Source: a virus. From it: 64,000 nucleotides of DNA. The stretch lies in IMG/VR virus record IMGVR_UViG_3300045988_105285, positions 32,001 through 96,000 of that record; one strand, given 5' to 3'. The translations under genes were made by a program, and so were the position numbers. Below the pieces are notes generated by a model. It did no database searches. It saw nothing but the letters and a program-made list of their open reading frames with translations, and was not told the origin of the DNA. Position 1 is the first letter of the stretch, and every line of letters starts with the position of its first letter. Positions 41,767 through 49,627 of this stretch are shown one piece after another.

Positions 41767-42084
41767 ATGAGTAAGACAAAAAACAATATTCCGTATGAGA
41801 GGCAGATGCTTCCCATTCTTCGCAACTACGACAAGCTGGTAGAAGAAAACAAAGCAATGAAAGCTATTATAGCGAACATAAGCAAAGTTTGTAAGCCCGA
41901 AGATACCGTCCTCCAATTCAAGAAACTAGATGGACAAGTCAAAGACTTAACGAACAGACTTAATGTATGCAAGAAAAAATTGGGAGAAATAGACAATTTG
42001 GTTAGGGATAAATTAGAACGAGAGCACTTTTTCGTTTCTAATAGAAGTACCACCCTAGCAAACGTAAGGCTCTTAACAAAATAG
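41767..42084 (+). CDS. hypothetical coiled-coil protein (105 aa)
   Basis: ORF track entry in operon context. Confidence 0.55.
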   Translation: MSKTKNNIPYERQMLPILRNYDKLVEENKAMKAIIANISKVCKPEDTVLQFKKLDGQVKDLTNRLNVCKKKLGEIDNLVRDKLEREHFFVSNRSTTLANVRLLTK

Positions 42085-42086
42085 AT

Positions 42087-42263
42087 ATGGATAACAAGAA
42101 AAGTAACAGAGGAGGTGCAAGGGCTGGAAGCGGACGAAAGAAAGGGAACAACGTGAACCTTTGCATAAGGATGCCAAAGGAAACCGTGGACTATATAAAG
42201 CAGAAGTCCAAGGAGGAAAATGTTCCAATAGGCTCTTGGATAACCACCAAGCTAGGACTTTAA
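42087..42263 (+). CDS. small basic protein, possibly ribbon-helix-helix (58 aa)
   Basis: Read manually: MDNKKSNRGGARAGSGRKKGNNVNLCIRMPKETVDYIKQKSKEENVPIGSWITTKLGL. Confidence 0.45.
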   Translation: MDNKKSNRGGARAGSGRKKGNNVNLCIRMPKETVDYIKQKSKEENVPIGSWITTKLGL

Positions 42264-42268
42264 CGAAG

Positions 42269-42304
42269 ATAGCCCCACCGACTAGAACGATGGAGCTATT
42301 TTTG
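42269..42304. terminator. bidirectional terminator between convergent operons
   Basis: Imperfect 12-bp stem ATAGCCCCACCG/CGATGGAGCTAT followed by TTTTTG. Confidence 0.5.
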
Positions 42305-42309
42305 TGTTA

Positions 42310-42876
42310 TTAGCTGTTTATTACACGTCCATCATTGCAGACGAGCTCTCCGTACTTGATGTTCCCGACACGTCTGAGCCAACCCTTCAGATTTTCCTCT
42401 TGCTTAGGGTCGTTCTTCACGATGTCGTTAAGGTAGGTAATCCTAGCGACCTTCAGACTGTCGAACAAGACCCACTGTCCTTGATTGAAGTTATTGATAG
42501 CCGCCAAGGTGTTCTTGCCCATGATGCCGTCCACCTTTGTTCCTACAACTTCCTGTATCTTCTGGATGGCCTTTGAACATCCGCTATTGTAGGCGAAGTC
42601 CACTAGGAGGTTCGCCACTGACTGGTTGTTTATCTTGTCAGCCATGCAAACATCCCAGTAGTTCCTCTTGAACACTCGGTCATAATCTGCCTTGGTAAGC
42701 AACTTCACATCCTCGGCATTGATTACCCCATCACCATTCTTGTCATATCCAACCTTCTTCCAAGTAGCGAGCGTGATTCCGTATTTTGTCGCATTTCCAC
42801 GATCGCTTTTTCTGTTGGTGTACTTAGACGATTCCCAACTAAGTACGAACTCGCTTAAAATCTCCGATTTAGCCAT
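42310..42876 (-). CDS. endolysin (glycoside hydrolase family 108-like N-terminus + PG_binding_3-like C-terminus)
   Basis: LSWESSKYTN..DRGNATKYGIT fits the GH108 pattern, and VGTKVDGIMGKNTLAAIN is a peptidoglycan-binding motif. Confidence 0.75.
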   Translation of the reverse strand: MAKSEILSEFVLSWESSKYTNRKSDRGNATKYGITLATWKKVGYDKNGDGVINAEDVKLLTKADYDRVFKRNYWDVCMADKINNQSVANLLVDFAYNSGCSKAIQKIQEVVGTKVDGIMGKNTLAAINNFNQGQWVLFDSLKVARITYLNDIVKNDPKQEENLKGWLRRVGNIKYGELVCNDGRVINS

Positions 42877-43159
42877 TGTCTTTTTCCTCCAACTTTAAGT
42901 TATTGTTATTGTGTTCGCCACGTTCCCCTATCGTCTTGGTAATGCCAGCCGTGACGAACAAACTAGCCACACTACCAACAAATGCACTTAACCCCATCAA
43001 ATCGGTCTTGATAGTCCCATAAGTTACCACTTCCCACACTAAGATAAAGCAGACAACCAGGAGCATCAAGAAACCTATCAAAGTAACGGACACTAAAAAG
43101 AATGCCTTGCTTGAATGTCCGCTATTAACTTGTATGAGTAATTTCAGATACTTTATCAT
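42869..43159 (-). CDS. holin-like membrane protein (96 aa, 2 TM segments)
   Basis: Two hydrophobic segments. It lies immediately upstream of the endolysin and overlaps it. Confidence 0.55.
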   Translation of the reverse strand: MIKYLKLLIQVNSGHSSKAFFLVSVTLIGFLMLLVVCFILVWEVVTYGTIKTDLMGLSAFVGSVASLFVTAGITKTIGERGEHNNNNLKLEEKDNG

Positions 43160-43162
43160 AAC

Positions 43163-43591
43163 TTAATCCTCCCTATCACGATATATCGCATCTTCTTCCT
43201 TTTCAACCAACGATTCTAAGGATTCTCGCTTTCTTGGTGGGGTTCTAAGTTGACATCCATCCTTGATGCATCTATTCCATTGTGCCTCATGCAAGGCAAG
43301 CTTCAAATCGTTCTTCTCGTCCCTAAGATTGCGTATCGTAATTCTGTATTGGTTGATTTCCTCATACAATTCATCTACTTTACTGTTAAGATTAACGACC
43401 GACTCGTTGGAACGTTCATAGAGAGCCTTCCACTCATCGGCATATGATGAAATCGTCTTATTCTCTTCCTGTGATGCGAGTGCCGCCTCCTTTCGTTTTC
43501 TACTATTATAGTACAGCAACGTAGAGATAACTCCCGATGCGCAAAGAAGATTTATTCCCGTCTGTATTAATTGAATAGTTTCCGCTGACAT
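43163..43591 (-). CDS. membrane-anchored coiled-coil protein (spanin/lysis-associated candidate)
   Basis: The start is refined to MSAETIQ at 43591, because the promoter box lies inside the longer ORF. It has an N-terminal TM segment followed by a coiled-coil. Confidence 0.5.
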   Translation of the reverse strand: MSAETIQLIQTGINLLCASGVISTLLYYNSRKRKEAALASQEENKTISSYADEWKALYERSNESVVNLNSKVDELYEEINQYRITIRNLRDEKNDLKLALHEAQWNRCIKDGCQLRTPPRKRESLESLVEKEEDAIYRDRED

Positions 43592-43610
43592 TTCCTTATG
43601 TTTTTTGTTG

Positions 43611-43618
43611 CAAAGATA
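43611..43618 (-). promoter_or_regulatory. -7 box (TATCTTTG) of the lysis cassette
   Basis: Plus strand reads caaagata. Confidence 0.5.
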
Positions 43619-43751
43619 ATCATTAATATATAATAATGTGAAAATAATCATACCGGATAACTACACAATTAATTTTTGTGCAAATAATCAAATTTTTCTT
43701 TAAACTAAGTTATAACACATTAAAATATTTGCTCTATCAATAAAATCTCAT

Positions 43752-43759
43752 TACCTTTG
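43752..43759 (+). promoter_or_regulatory. -7 box (TACCTTTG)
   Basis: Plus strand reads ttacctttgca. Confidence 0.5.
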
Positions 43760-43767
43760 CAAATACA

Positions 43768-43792
43768 GGTGAGTCACACCATAAAAAAACTG
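43768..43792 (+). promoter_or_regulatory. conserved leader motif copy 13 (plus strand)
   Basis: GGTGAGTCACACC-ATAAAAAAACTG. Confidence 0.55.
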
Positions 43793-43799
43793 AATAAAA

Positions 43800-44441
43800 A
43801 TGAAGATAATAGAACAAGATACAATAGACATCATTAAGGCGCACGTAAATGAGCGACCAAGATATAAGTTGGCACAGAGAATGGGTGTCAGCGTAAAATT
43901 CCTATATAAGATATTGCACGAATGCGATTGTAATTTTGAGCACAAAAGATTTGTTCCACAACCCAACAGGAAACGTGATGAACAAATCATAAATCTCTAT
44001 CCTAACCATTCGGTCAAAGAGATTGCCGAGATTGTAGGGTGTCATCCATCTACAGTATGAAAGGCGGCAAAAAGACTAAAGCTTACTCATTCGAAAGAAA
44101 CTATCGAAAGACTTAAAAAGAATAGTTTGGCAAACTTAAAGAAAGCGTATGAGAAAGCAATAATAAATAAGAGGGTAAAAAGTTGGAAAAGAACTATGCG
44201 TGCAGAAAAGCTCAGATTTATGTCCTGCATTCCGCAGAAAACGAATCTTAGATTTTCAGAGTTACCTGCAAAAGCATATCACGCCAAATACAATCTCATT
44301 ACGAAACATGGGTATTTCGGTTTTGAAGGCGAACCTTATATCTTGGGTTATGACCGGAATACTCGTAGGATGGATGAGGAATACTATAAGAACAAATATG
44401 GATTTTCTTTTGAGGAGGACGAAGAATGCCAAGAAGATTGA
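43800..44441 (+). pseudogene. double-HTH protein, paralog of 44426..45043, interrupted by an in-frame TGA at 44058..44060
   Basis: ORFs 43800..44060 and 44127..44441 share one frame with no other stop between them. Similarity to the paralog continues across the TGA (HPSTV*KAAKRLKLTHSKET vs IPQSTILGQVSKLGLKHNAET). Confidence 0.6.
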
Positions 44442-45043
44442 CACAGGAACAGATGGACTACATCAAAGCCCATATCAATGACTACCCACGAAAGGAAGTA
44501 GCCAAGGCTGCTGGTGTAACCTTACATACATTATATAAGTATATCACTATTTTAGGTGGTACGAAAATAGACAATAAATTGAATAATGAGACTATCCGTA
44601 AAATCTCCGACATGTACCAAACGATGACGGCAAGAGAAATATCAGAAGTAACGAATATTCCTCAATCGACAATTTTAGGACAGGTCAGTAAGCTTGGATT
44701 GAAACATAACGCAGAAACGGCAGACAGAATTCGCAAAGAGCGTAACAAGTCTTTGAGAAACTATTGGAATAAAGAAAAGTATGCCAATAAAGGCAGAAAG
44801 TTGCATATGCAATATAAAATGGACGAACTTAGAGTGTTGTCGGGTAAGCCTCAAGAAACAAGGTTAAGAATAAGAAAACTCTCCCCAAAGGCTTTGAATG
44901 CGAAGATGTATTTGCGAAAGTCTTATAACTATTTCTACTCTAAGGGTGAGCCGTTTATTCTCTGCTATGACTCCGAGACGAAAAGACATCCGAAAGAGGA
45001 ATACTATACACGAAAGTTTGGCTTTAAATTTGTGTGCGCTTAG
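44426..45043 (+). CDS. double-HTH DNA-binding protein (205 aa)
   Basis: Two HTH-like segments (EVAKAAGVTLHTLYKYI and EISEVTNIPQSTILGQVSKLGL). Confidence 0.6.
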   Translation: MPRRLTQEQMDYIKAHINDYPRKEVAKAAGVTLHTLYKYITILGGTKIDNKLNNETIRKISDMYQTMTAREISEVTNIPQSTILGQVSKLGLKHNAETADRIRKERNKSLRNYWNKEKYANKGRKLHMQYKMDELRVLSGKPQETRLRIRKLSPKALNAKMYLRKSYNYFYSKGEPFILCYDSETKRHPKEEYYTRKFGFKFVCA

Positions 45044-45054
45044 TTTCCGTTTGC

Positions 45055-45094
45055 AATTCCGTTTGCATTTTTTTTGTTTTCTGCAAACGGAATT
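45055..45094 (+). terminator. terminator hairpin (13-bp perfect stem)
   Basis: aattccgtttgca-N14-tgcaaacggaatt, followed by a T-rich tract. Confidence 0.6.
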
Positions 45095-45221
45095 TGCAAA
45101 CAAACCTTTGTTTTTTCGCCCATTCGAAAGTATGATATTACCTCCTATCACCTTAACTACTTGATTATTAGCGGATAAAAGAAAGTTTGATAGAGTTATT
45201 AAACCTTTTGCTTATTATTCG

Positions 45222-45229
45222 TAACTTTG
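45222..45229 (+). promoter_or_regulatory. -7 box (TAACTTTG)
   Basis: Plus strand reads gtaactttgca. Confidence 0.5.
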
Positions 45230-45288
45230 CAGCCGTAACGTTACATAGAGTTAGTTTAATTAAGGTTTAACACAAAAAGATTATTCTT

Positions 45289-46272
45289 ATGGAGACATCA
45301 AAAACTTATGTTTTTAATCCAGAGGGTTCAGGTAACAATGGAGGAATGATGAGCTTGATAGCTCCTTTGCTCCAACAGAGAGGCGTTGACCCAAACGTTC
45401 TTCTTGCGATGAAGGGTAATAACGGATTCGGCAATGGTGATGGTTCTTGGTTCATTTGGCTGCTCTTTATCCTTTGCTTCTGCGGTTGGGGCGGTAATGG
45501 TTTCGGCTTTGGTGGCCGTGGCAATGGCGCAGGTCTTGCTAATGAAATCAACAATGACTATGGTCGTTCCTTGCTTATGGATGCAATCGGTGGCAATCGT
45601 AATGCACTCAGTAATCTCGCTACCCAGCTCAATTGTACAGAAGGACAGATTCAGCAAGCAATCTCTGCTTTGACTACCCAAGTCCAGAACGTGGGCAACC
45701 AAGTAGGCATGAGCGGAATGCAAACTATCAACGCTCTTCAGCAAGGTAATATGCAGATTGCATCACAACTCGCTGATTGCTGCTGCCGTGTAAATAACAA
45801 TATTACGGCTATGGACGGAAACGTCAAGTTGGCTATGTGTCAGCAGACTGGCACTTTGCAGAATGCCATCAACAATGTAGCCGTAGGACAGGAGCGTGGC
45901 TTCTCTAACGTGGCTTACGAGACTCAGAGACAGACTTGTGATTTGCACAACGCAATAAAGGAAAGCACTCAGACCATCGTTGACGGTCAGAAGCAGGCTG
46001 AGATGCGTGAGATGCAGAACAAGATTGATTCTCTTCGTGAGGAGAACAGTACCTTCAAGTCTTCCGCTATGACATCACAGATTGTGGGGCAGGCTGTAGC
46101 ACCTATCAATGCGGTATTGGCTGGCTTGCAGAGTGAGGTGGCTGGTATCAAGTGTAAGTTGCCAGAGACGGTAACTACTCCTTACAGCCCATTTACTGCG
46201 GTTCCTAATTGTGTCGCTTATCAGGCTGGTCTGTATGGTTTGAATGCTGCCAACAACGGATTCTGGGGTTAA
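45289..46272 (+). CDS. Gly-rich / Gln-Asn-rich membrane-associated protein (327 aa), function unknown
   Basis: GNGDGSWFIWLLFILCFCGWGGNGFGFGGRGNG is followed by a long Q/N/A-rich region with a CCC motif. Confidence 0.6.
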   Translation: METSKTYVFNPEGSGNNGGMMSLIAPLLQQRGVDPNVLLAMKGNNGFGNGDGSWFIWLLFILCFCGWGGNGFGFGGRGNGAGLANEINNDYGRSLLMDAIGGNRNALSNLATQLNCTEGQIQQAISALTTQVQNVGNQVGMSGMQTINALQQGNMQIASQLADCCCRVNNNITAMDGNVKLAMCQQTGTLQNAINNVAVGQERGFSNVAYETQRQTCDLHNAIKESTQTIVDGQKQAEMREMQNKIDSLREENSTFKSSAMTSQIVGQAVAPINAVLAGLQSEVAGIKCKLPETVTTPYSPFTAVPNCVAYQAGLYGLNAANNGFWG

Positions 46273-46287
46273 AGAAAGGAGGCTGCT

Positions 46288-46632
46288 ATGTTATGGATGA
46301 GACCTTTTGCATGGGTTAATCGTAACGGCTCGGCAGCTATCGCATCTACAGGCGTGGTGGTGAACACCGAAAATGTTGTTTTCTCGTTCAGAAACCACGC
46401 CTTCGTGAATGCTAACTATAGGGGAACTATCTTTGTGAACCTACATCAAGCCATTCCGACAGGTACGACAAATACGCTGCCAATCCTTTTCGAGACCAAT
46501 GGCGTAACCCAAGCTGTAACTAAGTTCAACGGCAATCCTTTGACGGTAGCCGATATTGCAGGAACTGGAGTTTATCAGTTTTGGTTCGAGCGAGATACTA
46601 ACACCCTTCAGCTAATGACGGGTATTGTTTAA
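46288..46632 (+). CDS. hypothetical protein (114 aa)
   Basis: ORF track entry. Beta-rich composition. Confidence 0.55.
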   Translation: MLWMRPFAWVNRNGSAAIASTGVVVNTENVVFSFRNHAFVNANYRGTIFVNLHQAIPTGTTNTLPILFETNGVTQAVTKFNGNPLTVADIAGTGVYQFWFERDTNTLQLMTGIV

Positions 46633-46651
46633 CAATTAACATTACAAAGCT

Positions 46652-47170
46652 ATGTTTCAAGGACTTCGACCTAACAGCATATTCTATGTGCTTGACAAGG
46701 GTGAAAACCCAAGTCTCAAAATCGGACAGGTTGTGTCGGTCAGTAACCCACAACCTAAGTTCCCAACATATACTCCTGGGCAATTCAACCCACAACCAAT
46801 GGAGACTACCGTTGATGTTGTCGTGAAATTGCCGAATGAGCAAATGGAGTTCAAACAACTCCCATCCAATATGCAAATCGCAAACTCAGAGAACCTCGTG
46901 GTTTCTGAAAGTCGTGAAGCCATGGATGCAGAAGTTGAGGCTATGTATCGGCATTCTAAGGAGATTGTGGAAAGCGAGTCATACCACAAAAAGGTTATGG
47001 AAGAGTGCGCAAAGATGCGTGCCATCTTGAATCCACAAATAGCCAAAGACAGACAACAGGAAGAAGACATCAACAACCTCAAAAGCGAGGTTAGCGGAAT
47101 GAAGGGAACTTTGACCGATATTAAGTCTATGTTGTCAGTGGCTTTGGAAAAAGTTAATACGAAAAAGTAA
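46652..47170 (+). CDS. hypothetical protein with a C-terminal coiled-coil (172 aa)
   Basis: ORF track entry in operon context. Confidence 0.55.
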   Translation: MFQGLRPNSIFYVLDKGENPSLKIGQVVSVSNPQPKFPTYTPGQFNPQPMETTVDVVVKLPNEQMEFKQLPSNMQIANSENLVVSESREAMDAEVEAMYRHSKEIVESESYHKKVMEECAKMRAILNPQIAKDRQQEEDINNLKSEVSGMKGTLTDIKSMLSVALEKVNTKK

Positions 47171-47176
47171 ATCATT

Positions 47177-47413
47177 ATGGGATACATGATAGAAATTACC
47201 GAAAACAAGGTAAATGAAATGTCAGAACTTGTAGAGAAGATGCTTAAGTATGGTGGTAAACTCATGCACTGCATTGATGAAATGGGGGATGACAAGTATG
47301 GACGAATGGGTCACAGAAACCCAATGCCGGATTACCGAGACAATTGGGATGACGATGAAGACCGCTATGGTGAAAGACATGGTGGTCGCAGAGGTGGCGG
47401 TTATCGCTATTAG
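47177..47413 (+). CDS. hypothetical protein with an Asp/Arg/Gly-rich tail (78 aa)
   Basis: C-terminus reads DDDEDRYGERHGGRRGGGYRY. Confidence 0.5.
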   Translation: MGYMIEITENKVNEMSELVEKMLKYGGKLMHCIDEMGDDKYGRMGHRNPMPDYRDNWDDDEDRYGERHGGRRGGGYRY

Positions 47414-47464
47414 TATTACACTTTGAGGTGGGGAGAAATCTCCACCTCCTTAAAAATTTCAGTT

Positions 47465-47893
47465 ATGGGAAGATACAAAATACCACTTGATGCATACGAC
47501 ATGAAGCCCGAAGGAATGATTGCATACCTTCGCTATAATGGATGGCACTTCAATAAAAAGATGTGTGATTGGGCTATCACCTTAATGCGCAAGACAAACG
47601 CAACGACAGGCAAGTTAGAAAGAGTAGAACCTACAGAAAAAGACACTGTGGAGGAACTCCTTAAAGTCAACAACGTAAAGTTGGAGAATGCTGACAATTA
47701 CGATTTTGTCTATGTCGCAAACATGGCTAGAGCCGATTTCTTTAAGTCCTCTTTAAAGGATGAAGCTGCTTTGGCTCAATTTATTAAGGATATGGTGGAT
47801 GACCCAGACCAAGAGGATGGATTCATTTTCAATAGATTTTATGCAGATTGCAACCATAACGGTATCGGCATACCATGGGATGATGTATTATGA
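47465..47893 (+). CDS. hypothetical protein (142 aa)
   Basis: The start is refined to MGRYKIPLD. Hairpin GAGGTGG..CCACCTC occupies the longer ORF-track extension. Confidence 0.55.
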   Translation: MGRYKIPLDAYDMKPEGMIAYLRYNGWHFNKKMCDWAITLMRKTNATTGKLERVEPTEKDTVEELLKVNNVKLENADNYDFVYVANMARADFFKSSLKDEAALAQFIKDMVDDPDQEDGFIFNRFYADCNHNGIGIPWDDVL

Positions 47894-48258
47894 TTAAACA
47901 AGAAATTTACTTAGAGAAATATGATTGGAATGTGATTGTATGTCATGTTGTTAATCAAGAAGAGGTTGATGAGGCTATAGATGTACTAAGTTCCATTGAT
48001 TGTAAAGGGCAACCATTGCTGGATGCATACGACCACATCTCAACCAATTCACCAAACAAAGGCTTGACATACACAAATGTTTCAAAGAACACAAGTGTCG
48101 TCCTTATCTGTAAGTCAACATCTGAAGGCGAGTATATAAACAGCCTCACACATGAAATGTTCCATGTAGTTGCACATATATGCAACCATCTGGGAATAGA
48201 CATGCAAGGCGAAGAACCATGCTATCTCATGGGATGGCTTTGCCAGTCTATATTATAG
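47890..48258 (+). CDS. small HExxH-motif protein (putative mini metallopeptidase, 122 aa)
   Basis: SLTHEMFHVVAHI contains HExxH. 4-nt overlap with the upstream gene. Confidence 0.5.
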   Translation: MIKQEIYLEKYDWNVIVCHVVNQEEVDEAIDVLSSIDCKGQPLLDAYDHISTNSPNKGLTYTNVSKNTSVVLICKSTSEGEYINSLTHEMFHVVAHICNHLGIDMQGEEPCYLMGWLCQSIL

Positions 48259-48334
48259 AAGATTTCCTTATAAGTTTAACTTGGCGGGCAGAACTTGGAT
48301 TTTTCCATCTGCCCTCCTATAAAATTACAAGAAT

Positions 48335-48679
48335 ATGAGTTGTTCTAGCATTAAAAATTATCTTTTCGAACGTTATAACGAGGATTACAACGTTCTTTCC
48401 GAGAATGAAAATCGAGTTATCATCACATTTGATGATTCAGACTTGTCTGTACTAGTGAACAAGAAGGAGAATAAAATGTTTATTCTTGTTCCGTTAACTA
48501 AGATGCATTCATTTGAGTTTCATCCAAATTGGCTATTAGTAGATGGAGAACGTATTAATAGCAATTTGTTTTGGCAGGAATGTGGCAACCAAGTAATAGA
48601 GTACCAAGGCGATGCTCCTATGGCGATCAAGGAAGATTCTATTACGAGAATTATTAAAGATTTCATTAAAAACAGATAA
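48335..48679 (+). CDS. hypothetical protein, third member of the 3732/18194 paralog family
   Basis: MFILVPLTKMHSFEF....LVDGERINSNLFW. Confidence 0.55.
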   Translation: MSCSSIKNYLFERYNEDYNVLSENENRVIITFDDSDLSVLVNKKENKMFILVPLTKMHSFEFHPNWLLVDGERINSNLFWQECGNQVIEYQGDAPMAIKEDSITRIIKDFIKNR

Positions 48680-48727
48680 CGTTTTAAAATTTGCATTAAT
48701 TTATTTGCAAGGCTGTCTTTTTTGTCG

Positions 48728-48735
48728 TATCTTTG
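48728..48735 (+). promoter_or_regulatory. -7 box (TATCTTTG)
   Basis: Plus strand reads gtcgtatctttgca. Confidence 0.5.
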
Positions 48736-48747
48736 CATTATTAAAAA

Positions 48748-48770
48748 GGTGAGACACACCATAACAACTG
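48748..48770 (+). promoter_or_regulatory. conserved leader motif copy 14 (plus strand)
   Basis: GGTGAGACACACC-ATAACAACTG. Confidence 0.55.
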
Positions 48771-48832
48771 TGTTTTTTCGAACTCTATATTAGAAAATAT
48801 AGCTATTAAACAACAATATAGAAAGCAAAGAT

Positions 48833-49342
48833 ATGACAGGAAAAGGATATTTTATCAAGAAAAAAGTATTGTTCATTGATTTAGATGATACTATTATCAA
48901 GACTATTTCAGGAAACAAATTTCCAATAGATGTGACAGATTTCAAAATCCGGAAAGAGGTTTTGGATAAGATCGTAGAGGTGTTCCCTACTCTTTACTAT
49001 GTGGAAATAGTTTCAAACCAAGGAGGCATCCCTCAATTCGTTGACGAACAGGACTTCATAGGAAAGATAAAAGCGATTGAAAGCTTTATGCAAAAATATC
49101 TTCGCAATCATACCGGACGAAATATCTTCGTCAACTCTATGTATTGCCCATCGCATGCAGAGATAGGAATGAGAAAGCCAAATACTGGAATGCTTGAGTC
49201 GTATTCTTCTTGGAAGAAAAGTGAGCTGATAATGATAGGTGATGCTAGCGGAAAAGATGGAGATTTCTCAGACTCCGACAAAAAATGCGCAGAGAATTTC
49301 GGAATTGAGTACATTGATGTAGAAGACTTCTTGAAAATATGA
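48833..49342 (+). CDS. HAD-superfamily polynucleotide 3'-phosphatase (PNKP phosphatase-domain type)
   Basis: HAD motifs FIDLDDTII (DxDxT), VSNQGGI, RKPNTGM and IGDASGKDGDFSDSD. No kinase or ligase domain. Confidence 0.7.
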   Translation: MTGKGYFIKKKVLFIDLDDTIIKTISGNKFPIDVTDFKIRKEVLDKIVEVFPTLYYVEIVSNQGGIPQFVDEQDFIGKIKAIESFMQKYLRNHTGRNIFVNSMYCPSHAEIGMRKPNTGMLESYSSWKKSELIMIGDASGKDGDFSDSDKKCAENFGIEYIDVEDFLKI

Positions 49343-49383
49343 AAGCAATAAAAAAGAGAGGCAATCACTTACCTCTCTTTAAC

Positions 49384-49587
49384 TTATAAGAAATGTTCAA
49401 AGTACAGATACAATCCTACCCCGAACCACATTATCAATATCATAGTTGATGATGTCACCCAAGCCATGAAAAACTTATCGACCTTCTTATATTTATAGGA
49501 AAGATACAAATAAGCAATGAACGAGCAGTTGATGATTACCAGTATCGCTACTATAATCAAAGTACAAAACATATAATCCATACTCAT
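49384..49587 (-). CDS. small membrane protein (67 aa, 2 TM segments)
   Basis: Hydrophobic throughout. Confidence 0.45.
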   Translation of the reverse strand: MSMDYMFCTLIIVAILVIINCSFIAYLYLSYKYKKVDKFFMAWVTSSTMILIMWFGVGLYLYFEHFL

Positions 49588-49627
49588 ATATGCTCGCTTA
49601 TCCGTGCTGCGATAGGGCTTTCATACG

